NCBI GenBank assembly: GCA_963712115.1
Contig: CAVQGX010000031.1
Location: 256,001-320,000, forward strand
Source of the DNA: an uncultured delta proteobacterium
Lineage (GTDB): Bacteria; Desulfobacterota; Syntrophobacteria; BM002
Direction: 5' to 3'
Length of the DNA stretch: 64,000 nt
A program made the position numbers and the translations under genes. This document shows, piece by piece, positions 38,760-47,094 of this stretch. Position 1 is the stretch's first letter. Every line of letters begins with the position of its first letter. The notes beneath the pieces are model-generated. The model saw only the letters and a list, made by a program, of their open reading frames with translations. It was not told the origin of the DNA and did no database searches.

Positions 38760-39362
38760 ATGGCCAGAGAAACAGGAGCCGCGGCTGTGATCAAGAGTTT
38801 GATAGACCGGCTTTTCAAGAAAAAACCCGGACACAAGCGAGTAAATATCAGCGGCAGAAAGCGGCTGGGTTTAGCCAGACGCTTGGAAAGATATGGTGAG
38901 GCTGCAGCCCTGGCACAGGCAGGGTTGCAGGATGTAGCCCAAGAGATAATCCGTCGCGAGATTCAGGAACGTCCAAGAATCCTGGTGGTGGGAAGTGAGG
39001 ACGGGTTTTCCCGGCCCCTGGTTGATTACGCCATAGGGCTAGCCAAGCGCATGAAATATGAGATTGTCGCCCTGAACTGGGCGGACATCGCTACTGAGGC
39101 TCCCGAAAAGCTCAATCCCTATCGGGAGGAATTACTCGAGGAGTTCAAGGCAAGAGCGGCTAAGGCAGTCGAGCTACTAGCCTCGCGCGCCGCTGAAGAA
39201 GGTGTACCCCTTCGGCATGTGGTCAAGTCAGGTGGGCTGAGCACTAGCGTTCGTGAGCTGGAAAAGGAGGTTAGCCGCTTAAGCTTTGTCCTAACTGAAT
39301 CGGAGCCAACCCGAGAGTTGGGATTGGAGACATCGATTCCGGTCTTCTGTATCAACAAGTAA
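38760..39362 (+). CDS. USP-like protein with AxxLAQAG motif (start may be GTG 38787)
   Basis: EAAALAQAG..VAQEI followed by RILVVG..FS..LVDYAI USP-like fold; ends IPVFCI. Confidence 0.72.
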   Translation: MARETGAAAVIKSLIDRLFKKKPGHKRVNISGRKRLGLARRLERYGEAAALAQAGLQDVAQEIIRREIQERPRILVVGSEDGFSRPLVDYAIGLAKRMKYEIVALNWADIATEAPEKLNPYREELLEEFKARAAKAVELLASRAAEEGVPLRHVVKSGGLSTSVRELEKEVSRLSFVLTESEPTRELGLETSIPVFCINK

Positions 39363-39691
39363 AGAATCCAGGCCCGGCTTAGAAGGCCTTTCGTTCGCTG
39401 TTATTTGTGCCAGCTCACTTCGTTCGCCACCAGGCTCAAGGCTGAAGGCACAGGGCACAAGGCAAGAAAAATCAAATAAAACCTATCTTCTCCTTATGCC
39501 TTGCGCCTTATCTAAATCCGCAATCCGCAATCCGAAATTCGCAATGCTCTTCATCCAGCCAAATCCATTTCTCCAACAACAAGACCATACAGAGTCATTT
39601 TGACAAAACTTCTGCATGTAAGTGCGGTTCCTAAATGTGCTATACTGCGGCTACCAAATAATTCCTGGGTTACTTGCTGCAGGGGATAAAC

Positions 39692-41689
39692 ATGGCATTT
39701 TTTCGCAAGTCAGAAGAAAAGCAACAGTTTGAGGACCTTGAGCTGCTGCGCCAGGAAATCCTCAAGGCGAAGATGGCTCCTTCGGTAGAGGGTTACGCTG
39801 TCAAAGAACTGGATAAGCTCGAAAAGACTCCGGCGGAAGCAGCCGAATACGCCATCGGCATCAACCATCTGGAATACCTGGTGTCACTCCCATGGAATGT
39901 CCATACTGAGGACAACCTCGATCTCCATCATGTTGAAAACGTTCTCAACAGAGAACACGCAGGTCTCCCCCTGGTGAAAGAGCGAATCCTTGAGTACCTT
40001 GCGGTTCGCACTCTGAAAATCCAAAGGGATTTTCGCCTCCTGGTGGTGGACGACGAAGAAATCACTCGAGCCAATCTGCAACACATCCTGGAGAAGGAAG
40101 GCTACCAGGTGGCCGCTGCTACAAATGGTGCTGAAGCCTTGGAGAAAATGGAGAAGGCTTCCTTCGATCTCGTTCTCACCGACCTGCTGATGCTAAAGGT
40201 CGGAGGGATGGAGGTTCTCCAGCAGGTGAAGGATCGATATCCCCAAACCGACGTGGTTATCATTACCGGATTCGCCACGGTGCCATCCGCAGTGGAAGCG
40301 CTACAAAAAGGTGCCTACCACTACCTGGCCAAGCCGCTCAAGATCGATGAGGTAAGGAGCACGGTGAGCCAAGCGCTGGCCAAAAAACAAAAGGCGCACA
40401 GACCTAAAGGTCCAGTGCTCTGCTTTGTGGGGCCGCCGGGCACAGGCAAGACCTCCTTAGGAAAATCTATTGCCTCAGCCATGGGGAGAAAATTTATTCG
40501 CTTGGCTTTGGGTGGGATGAAAGATGAAGCTGAAATCAGGGGACATCGTCGCAGTTACGCCGGAGCCATGCCCGGACGGATCATAGATGCCGTCCGTCGG
40601 GTCGGGTCCAAGAACCCGGTTTTTATGCTGGATGAGATCGACAAGGTGGGCCAGGACTTCCGGGGCGACCCGGCCTCCGCCCTTCTCGAAGTATTGGACC
40701 CCGAGCAGAACGAGCACTTCCTGGATTATTACCTGGATGTGCCCTTTGACCTTTCCGGCGTGATGTTTATCGCCACCGCCAATCTGGTGGACCCTATCCC
40801 CAGGCCTCTGCTCGACCGGATGGAGCTCTTGGCTCTGCCCGGATATACCGATGAGGAAAAGAAACGCATTGCTCTCGAGTTCCTCGTCCCCCGGCAAATC
40901 GAAACCTCGGGCCTTTCCACCTCTCCCCCCGAGTTTACCCCGGAGGCGGTGCTGAAAATTATCAGAGAGCACACCAGGGAGGCCGGGTTGAGGAATCTCG
41001 AGCGGGAGATCGGCTCGATTTGCCGCAAGATCGCTCGAAAAGTTTTGCAACAAGGAGGAAAACAGAAATCGCTGATCGTCACTCCCGAGTTGGTGGAGGA
41101 ATATCTCGGGCCAAGGAAGTTCTACTACGAGGTTGCCGAGGCCAAAGATCGGATCGGAGTGACCACTGGCTTGGTCTGGACTGAAACAGGTGGGGATATC
41201 GTCTTTGTTGAGGCCACCAAGATGAAAGGAAATAATAAGTTGATCCTCACCGGCTCCCTGGGAGAGGTCATGCAGGAATCGGCCCAGGCTGCCTTAAGTT
41301 ACATCCGGAGCAACGCCGACCACTTCAAAATTGACCAGGATTTTTTCTCCGAGCATGACATCCACATACATGTACCTGCCGGCGCCATTACCAAGGATGG
41401 GCCCTCGGCAGGGCTCACCATAGCCATGGCCCTGATCTCGCTTTTGGCAGGCAGGCCTGCAAAGAGGCAGGTGGCCATGACCGGCGAACTGACCCTGACT
41501 GGCAGGATTCTCCCGGTTGCCGGGACCAGGGAAAAACTGCTGGCAGCTCGCCGGGCAGGAGTAAAGACTGTTGTCTTTCCTGAGAAAAACAGAGTTGATC
41601 TCGATGACCTTGGCGCTGATATTCGTGCGGATATTGAGGTGATTCTCACCGGTAGTGTCGAGGAGGTGGTAGATCTCGTATTGCGATAG
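39692..41689 (+). CDS. lon: Lon protease (S16) lacking the N-domain, with a receiver domain inserted before Walker A
   Basis: H.GL..VKERILEYLAV, inserted REC, GPPGTGKTS, GHRRSYAGAMPG, LDEIDK, KDGPSAG, REK. Confidence 0.92.
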   Translation: MAFFRKSEEKQQFEDLELLRQEILKAKMAPSVEGYAVKELDKLEKTPAEAAEYAIGINHLEYLVSLPWNVHTEDNLDLHHVENVLNREHAGLPLVKERILEYLAVRTLKIQRDFRLLVVDDEEITRANLQHILEKEGYQVAAATNGAEALEKMEKASFDLVLTDLLMLKVGGMEVLQQVKDRYPQTDVVIITGFATVPSAVEALQKGAYHYLAKPLKIDEVRSTVSQALAKKQKAHRPKGPVLCFVGPPGTGKTSLGKSIASAMGRKFIRLALGGMKDEAEIRGHRRSYAGAMPGRIIDAVRRVGSKNPVFMLDEIDKVGQDFRGDPASALLEVLDPEQNEHFLDYYLDVPFDLSGVMFIATANLVDPIPRPLLDRMELLALPGYTDEEKKRIALEFLVPRQIETSGLSTSPPEFTPEAVLKIIREHTREAGLRNLEREIGSICRKIARKVLQQGGKQKSLIVTPELVEEYLGPRKFYYEVAEAKDRIGVTTGLVWTETGGDIVFVEATKMKGNNKLILTGSLGEVMQESAQAALSYIRSNADHFKIDQDFFSEHDIHIHVPAGAITKDGPSAGLTIAMALISLLAGRPAKRQVAMTGELTLTGRILPVAGTREKLLAARRAGVKTVVFPEKNRVDLDDLGADIRADIEVILTGSVEEVVDLVLR

Positions 41690-41716
41690 GGACCTTGGCT
41701 TTGGGCTTCATTCACC

Positions 41717-43093
41717 CTACGGAGACGCCTCCTCGGAGTTTTCTTCCAATCCCCAGCGCTTTAGCTTACGCCACAGAGAAACCCTATCGATCCCCAGTAC
41801 TTCGGCAGCCCTCGTCTTATTCCCGTCCACCTGTTTCAAAACCCAGCTGACATATTCCACCTCATTCTCCTCCAAGGTGGGGAAACGCAGGCTGGCTTGC
41901 CGGTAGACCTTGAGGGAATACTGCCCTAGTTCCTGGGGGAGGTGCTTCGCCAGAATTTCCTCTTCGTTACAAAGGACAACAGCCCGCTCAACTATGTTTT
42001 CCAGCTCACGAATGTTCCCCGGGTATTCGTAGTTCATCAGGACTTCCATGGCTTCATCCGAGAAACCCTTGATGGATTTTCCCTGCGCCTCGGCATAACG
42101 TGCCAGAAAGTGATGCGCCAGCAGCGGGACGTCGTCCCTTCGCTCCGCCAGCGGAGGAAGGTGGAGACTGACCACATTGAGACGGTAGAAAAGATCCTTG
42201 CGGAATCCGCCTGTTTCCACCTCTTTATTCAAATCCTTGTTGGTGGCGGCAACAAGGCGGATGTCAACTTTGATAGGTTGGGTTCCCCCCACGCGAAGTA
42301 AGGACTTCTCCTCTATAACCCGCAGAAGTTTTACCTGCATGGAGGCAGGCATATCGCCAATCTCATCAAGAAAAACAGTACCCCTGTTTGCCGCCTCCAG
42401 AAGACCTATTTTGGTGGTGGTAGCCCCGGTAAAGGCATCTTTCTCGTGACCGAAAAGTTCATTGCTGAGGAGCTCCTCAGTGAAAGCCCCGCAGTTGAAA
42501 GCGACAAAACGCTCGTCGGCGCGGCTACTCTGGCGATGAATCGCCCGGGCGAACAGCTCTTTGCCCGTACCTGTCTCGCCAAAAATGAGGACATTACAGT
42601 CGGTGGGCGCAATCTGGCCTACCAGCGCGACAAGCTCTTGCATCTTCCTGCTCTTGCCTATGATAAAGGGGATTCCCCCTCCTCTGTGGTAATCCCGCTT
42701 GAGTACCCGAAGCTCGTCTTTGAGAGCCTTTTTTTCCAGGGCTCTCTTGGTGATCATCCGCACTTCATCTATCTTGTAAGGTTTGGGTATGTAGTGATAG
42801 GCTCCCTTTTGCATTGCTTCAATGGCGGTGGCCACCGTGGCGTATGCGGTGAGCATAACCACCTCGGTATCGGGATACTGCTCTTTTGTCCTGGCCAGAA
42901 CCTCCATGCCATCCACCTGCTTCATTTTCAGGTCGGTCATGACCAAGTCGAATTCAGTATTCGACAGCTTCTTGAGGGCACTAATTCCACTATCCGCCGT
43001 TGCAACATCATAACCATCTTTTCTCAGAATGTGTTCGAGGTTCTCCCTGGCGATGGCCTCGTCGTCTACGACAAGTATCCGGCTTTTGTTCAT
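41717..43093 (-). CDS. sigma54-dependent response regulator (REC-AAA+-HTH), EBP2
   Basis: REC; GETGTGKE; ELFGHEKDAFTGA; FRKDLFYRL; HTH GNKTRAAEVLGIDRVSLWRK. Confidence 0.95.
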   Translation of the reverse strand: MNKSRILVVDDEAIARENLEHILRKDGYDVATADSGISALKKLSNTEFDLVMTDLKMKQVDGMEVLARTKEQYPDTEVVMLTAYATVATAIEAMQKGAYHYIPKPYKIDEVRMITKRALEKKALKDELRVLKRDYHRGGGIPFIIGKSRKMQELVALVGQIAPTDCNVLIFGETGTGKELFARAIHRQSSRADERFVAFNCGAFTEELLSNELFGHEKDAFTGATTTKIGLLEAANRGTVFLDEIGDMPASMQVKLLRVIEEKSLLRVGGTQPIKVDIRLVAATNKDLNKEVETGGFRKDLFYRLNVVSLHLPPLAERRDDVPLLAHHFLARYAEAQGKSIKGFSDEAMEVLMNYEYPGNIRELENIVERAVVLCNEEEILAKHLPQELGQYSLKVYRQASLRFPTLEENEVEYVSWVLKQVDGNKTRAAEVLGIDRVSLWRKLKRWGLEENSEEASP

Positions 43094-43099
43094 CTGACT

Positions 43100-44557
43100 T
43101 TAGTCTCCCAAGTGCTTTTGGTCTCTGAGCGGGAGCCGGATGGTGAAGACGCTGCCCTCGCCTACCCTGCTCACCACGCTAAGGGTGCCACTATGCTGTT
43201 CGACGATTCCGTGGGCCACCGATAAGCCGAGTCCAGTACCATACCCAACCTCTTTGGTGCTAAAGAATGGGTCAAAGATGTGTGGCAAGTGATCTTCGGG
43301 GATACCGCAACCGGAATCCTTGACCAGGATTTCCACCTGTTTCGCTCTTTTATCCTCTACGGCGGTTATGGTGATGCGACCCACCTCGTTGGGCATGGCC
43401 TGAGAGGCGTTCACCAAGAGGTTGAGGAGGACTTCTTGCAGCTTTTGAGCATCTACATAGATATCCAACTCCTCGGGAATCTCGGTGAAGATTTCCACTC
43501 CTGCCGGCAACTGGCTGGAAATCAGTCTGGTGGTCCTGATTACCAGGTTTTCAAGGTTCACCCAATTCTCCTGGAATTCCCGCTCCCGGGAAAATTCCAG
43601 CAGACCCTTAACGATGTCGCGGGCTCTATCCACCTCTTGATCAATGTTGTTGAGGAGTTTTCTAATAAACTCTGAATTGCCGTCAGCGATTTCCTCCTGC
43701 AGAATCTGGCAAGAGGTGGAGATATTGTTCAAGGGGTTATTGAGCTGGTGGGCGATTCCGGATGTCAGAACTCCCAGGGAGGAAAGCTTCTGAGCCTGTA
43801 CGAGTTGATCCTGCCGCTTCTGAAGTTCGCTGATCATCTTGTTGAATGCCTCCACCACAGACTGGGTCTCATCCCTAGTCTGCACCACCGGCAGCGGTTT
43901 GAAATCTCCCTTGGCGATCCGCTGAGTGGTCCTCTCAATAACCGTGAGCGGCCCGACAATTTTCCGACTGACCAGCACAATCAGAAACAAGCCGAGAAGC
44001 AGGAGGATAGAAGCGGAGAAGAGAATCTTGGTCTTCAGGGATTTGACAATTTGCTGAACCCGGGTGTGCTCGAAGTCGGATAATCGCAAAGACAAATCAA
44101 CCAGATCCTTGCCGACTTGCCTGATCTCTGCCTCGATCTCTTCTTTAGATCGTGGGCTTGGATTGTCCTTGCCTTTTTCGGCCACAAGCTCCCGCAGAAG
44201 CTGACCATAACGCTCCATCTCGTTCTCGAGTCTTTCCAGATAGGTAACGCCCTTCAAACCCCTGACGTCAGGGTGTATGCGCAGATAGACCTCCTTTCCT
44301 CTTTCAAGGTAGGCAAGGGCCTCTTCATGGTTATCTCTTTGGCCGTAGAGAAGGAAATTTTTTTCATAACGCCTGGCTTCCAAGAGGGTATCGTGGAGTT
44401 CATGGCCTTTAACCACAAATTCAATTTTGCGCTCAATTGTTAAAAGGTTGCGGTAGGCAATGATTCCCACACCCACAAAGGCAATAATGGACATGAAAAA
44501 GCCCAAAATAACTTTCTGTCGAATGGAGAGATGTATCTTGGAGATGAATTTCACCAT
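43100..44557 (-). CDS. HAMP-domain sensor histidine kinase, HK2
   Basis: LEARRYEKNFLLY, HAMP, AHQLNNP, FDPFFSTK..GTGLGL. Confidence 0.93.
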   Translation of the reverse strand: MVKFISKIHLSIRQKVILGFFMSIIAFVGVGIIAYRNLLTIERKIEFVVKGHELHDTLLEARRYEKNFLLYGQRDNHEEALAYLERGKEVYLRIHPDVRGLKGVTYLERLENEMERYGQLLRELVAEKGKDNPSPRSKEEIEAEIRQVGKDLVDLSLRLSDFEHTRVQQIVKSLKTKILFSASILLLLGLFLIVLVSRKIVGPLTVIERTTQRIAKGDFKPLPVVQTRDETQSVVEAFNKMISELQKRQDQLVQAQKLSSLGVLTSGIAHQLNNPLNNISTSCQILQEEIADGNSEFIRKLLNNIDQEVDRARDIVKGLLEFSREREFQENWVNLENLVIRTTRLISSQLPAGVEIFTEIPEELDIYVDAQKLQEVLLNLLVNASQAMPNEVGRITITAVEDKRAKQVEILVKDSGCGIPEDHLPHIFDPFFSTKEVGYGTGLGLSVAHGIVEQHSGTLSVVSRVGEGSVFTIRLPLRDQKHLGD

Positions 44558-44737
44558 AGCACCCCTGCGCTGGTTTCTTCTGAACGATTTGTTTTCATAA
44601 TGATAGTTTACAAGGGCCTAAATAGCAAACGTCTAGATTGACCCCTTTCGGGTCAAAAGATGAGGTAGATCTTTAGGAAGAGAAAAGATTCAATCTCTTT
44701 ATTAGAACAATTCGTTTTTGCAGTGCTCAGTGCCTTT

Positions 44738-44973
44738 GGCCACTAGAGGTGGCCGTCATAACGCTGCGCTGTCATTATGCCTTCGGCGTCATTTATGTCA
44801 TTAGGTCAAGTATCGCTTCGCTGTCTCCATGCTCGTCCCCATGCGGGTAACCTAATGACGGCCGCGAGGCCAAATGACGGGCTTCAGCCCAAATGACGCC
44901 GAAGGCAAATGACCATTAATGACGGGCGCCAGCCCTATTGACGGCGCAGCCGAATGACGCGGAGCAAATGACC
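44738..44973. repeat. GTCATT/AATGAC mini-hairpin array, locus 3 (longest)
   Basis: GTCAT(T/A) at 44755, 44771, 44788, 44797; A(A/T)TGAC at 44854, 44873, 44892, 44908, 44918, 44937, 44953, 44967, mostly separated by different short palindromes. Confidence 0.85.
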
Positions 44974-44990
44974 TGTTAGTGCCTAGTGTA

Positions 44991-45380
44991 TTACTCTTCG
45001 TGCCCCAGGAGCTTCATGCGGAAACTGGCTGCCTCCTGTCTTTTAAGATCCAGTTCTTGCCACTCTTCCCGCAATGTCGCCATTAGCTGCCTCTGTTCCA
45101 GCCATAGCGCTTGGTCATTGCTGACTCTGTCGCTTTCTTGCCCTTCTCTGGGGGCCTGGAAGCCATTTTTGCCTTCAATTTCCTTTAGTCGTTTCTTTAC
45201 CGCGGCCACCTCTGCCTTCACTTCTCTCATCCGCGCCAGTATTGCTTCCTCATCGCGGGTTAAAGGCACGTAGTTCCCCTCGCATTCATCTTTTTTGTCG
45301 AAATATTGGTGACAAGCTGTGCAAGATTCGCCATTCTCAGTCACAGAAATGGTGCCATTTTTCTTGACGTCACTACTCAT
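44991..45380 (-). CDS. Hypothetical coiled-coil protein with N-terminal CTACH motif
   Basis: 129 aa; RBS GGAGG; CTACH..C then helical hairpin; no signal peptide. Confidence 0.75.
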   Translation of the reverse strand: MSSDVKKNGTISVTENGESCTACHQYFDKKDECEGNYVPLTRDEEAILARMREVKAEVAAVKKRLKEIEGKNGFQAPREGQESDRVSNDQALWLEQRQLMATLREEWQELDLKRQEAASFRMKLLGHEE

Positions 45381-45421
45381 TAAAATCCCTCCCTATCTAG
45401 AGCGCCCATGGCGTAAATACC

Positions 45422-45571
45422 AATATCGAATATCGAAATACGAAACAAATCCGAAATTCTAATTTCCAAATGCTCAAAACAACTTCCGGAAAAATTGACG
45501 ATCAGGTTTTGGTCATTTGAGTTTTGAAAATTCGAATTTGTTTAGGATTTAGTGCTTGGGATTTCGGATTT
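45422..45571. repeat. ~150-bp AT-rich imperfect inverted-repeat element, copy 1
   Basis: AATATCGAATATCGAAATACGAAACAAATCCGAA ... TTCGAATTTGTTTAGGATTTAGTGCTTGGGATTTCGGATTT; related copy at 59816-59975. Confidence 0.7.
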
Positions 45572-45664
45572 CAGGCTTTCGCTAATTACACTTCCCATAT
45601 CATCAGCACTTGATCAATCCCTATTGGTAATATAGTAACACCATAGATATTTTGCAAACACCCC

Positions 45665-45695
45665 AAAAAAAAGACCCGGCCCATTGGGCCGGGTC
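45665..45695 (-). terminator. Rho-independent terminator after qmoC
   Basis: GACCCGGCCC-AAT-GGGCCGGGTC followed by T8 on the minus strand. Confidence 0.9.
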
Positions 45696-45720
45696 GTGCA
45701 TTACGGGATGACTGTTGGAA

Positions 45721-47082
45721 TTACTCTTTCTTCTCCTCTTCCTCTTCAGCCGGTTTCTCTTCTTCAGCTTCCGCCGGAGCTTCAGCTGCATTTTCCGCCT
45801 CTTCTGCGACCTCTTCGGCGGCGGCTTCTTCAGCTACCGGTTCTTCCACAGCCGGAGCAACCACAGCGGCTGGAGCTGCCACCGGGGCAGCCGCAACTAC
45901 CTCCACTCCAAAGGGACGATTGATGTAAGCCGCATAGCCCATGGCCACCGTCCGGTAGACCAAGTGGGCCAGCTTGCTATAGGGCAGATAACCGATAATG
46001 TAAAAAACGCACACCAGGTGGATGAAGTAGATGAAGTAAGCGAACCAGCCAGCGTCTGCCACCCGAGAAAGCCAAGTCAAAAAGCCGGTGACCACAATGC
46101 CCAGGATGGCAAGAATTAGAGACCAATCCAGGTAGGTTGTAGTGCTCTCAGCACCCTTGTCTTTGTAGCGGTTTGAGATCACCAGAGCGATGCCTATGAG
46201 CAGGGCCGACCCCGAAGCCAAGGCGAGCAACTTCACCGGGTTGATAAGACTGTAGGGAGGTGCCAAAAAGTCAACCCGGACAATGTAGAGGGCGAGAAAG
46301 CCTATGTTGGTCACAATGAACAAACCAATGAAGCCCAGGAAAACCAGAAGGTGTGATTGATAGCGATCCCGGTTGGTAATGCACAGCTTGAACTTGTCGT
46401 GAAAGAGAATGGTGGGAATCGCCGAGATCAGGCTCTTTACATAGTCTGCCATAACCAAAGGCTTGTCTTCCGCATAACCCTCCCTGATGGAATTGGTGTG
46501 GATGCCCTGGAGGAAGTTCCACACTCCGAAACCCAGAGAGACTGCGGCCAAGGCCGTGAAGGTAATGAAGATTACATCCACCAAGTAGAGGGGGAAGAAC
46601 TCCCGCAATTCTACCGGCCCTTCAGGAATGTGAAGATGCCCGGTCATCAGGAGTCCCAACAAGAGGACCACCACCGGAATGGCCAGCATGATTGGCCAAT
46701 ACTTCGCCTCACCCACGACTTTCCCCATGAAGTTGGGAAAGGCAAAATGCCTGAAGCTCATGGCTCGAATTGCCCGCAGAGTGTCTCCGGGACGGGCACC
46801 TCTGGGGCAGTGGGCGGAACAGTCATTGCAGTAGTGGCAAAGCCAGACATCAACACTGTTAACCAGTCTGTCCTTGAGGCCCCACTGTGAATAGATCATC
46901 TCTTTCCGTGGATAAGGTTTTTGCTCAGGAGCAAGCTCGCAAACCACCGAGCAGGTGGCACACTGAAAGCACTTTTTTAGTGTGTCTCCCCCTGCCGCTT
47001 TGAGTTCCCGAACGAAATCCAGATCGGGCTCCACCAGGGTCGCAGCTTTGCTCTCTACTTGCACTGCGGATTCCTCTGCCAT
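45721..47082 (-). CDS. qmoC: Quinone-interacting membrane-bound oxidoreductase subunit C
   Basis: HdrC-like CFQCATCSVVC / WLCHYCNDCSAHCP plus HdrE-like TM domain (PYSKLAHLVYR); acidic C-terminal tail. Confidence 0.95.
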   Translation of the reverse strand: MAEESAVQVESKAATLVEPDLDFVRELKAAGGDTLKKCFQCATCSVVCELAPEQKPYPRKEMIYSQWGLKDRLVNSVDVWLCHYCNDCSAHCPRGARPGDTLRAIRAMSFRHFAFPNFMGKVVGEAKYWPIMLAIPVVVLLLGLLMTGHLHIPEGPVELREFFPLYLVDVIFITFTALAAVSLGFGVWNFLQGIHTNSIREGYAEDKPLVMADYVKSLISAIPTILFHDKFKLCITNRDRYQSHLLVFLGFIGLFIVTNIGFLALYIVRVDFLAPPYSLINPVKLLALASGSALLIGIALVISNRYKDKGAESTTTYLDWSLILAILGIVVTGFLTWLSRVADAGWFAYFIYFIHLVCVFYIIGYLPYSKLAHLVYRTVAMGYAAYINRPFGVEVVAAAPVAAPAAVVAPAVEEPVAEEAAAEEVAEEAENAAEAPAEAEEEKPAEEEEEKKE

Positions 47083-47094
47083 GTTATCTACCTC

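Noticed and set aside
44854-44973. CRISPR array interpretation of the AATGAC repeats
   Set aside because: The repeat is only 6-7 bp, spacers are 4-13 bp palindromes reused between loci, and no cas genes are present.
44991-45380. Calling this gene qmoD or a cytochrome c
   Set aside because: It is separated from qmoC by a strong terminator, has no export signal for heme attachment, and homology to QmoD cannot be confirmed from the sequence.
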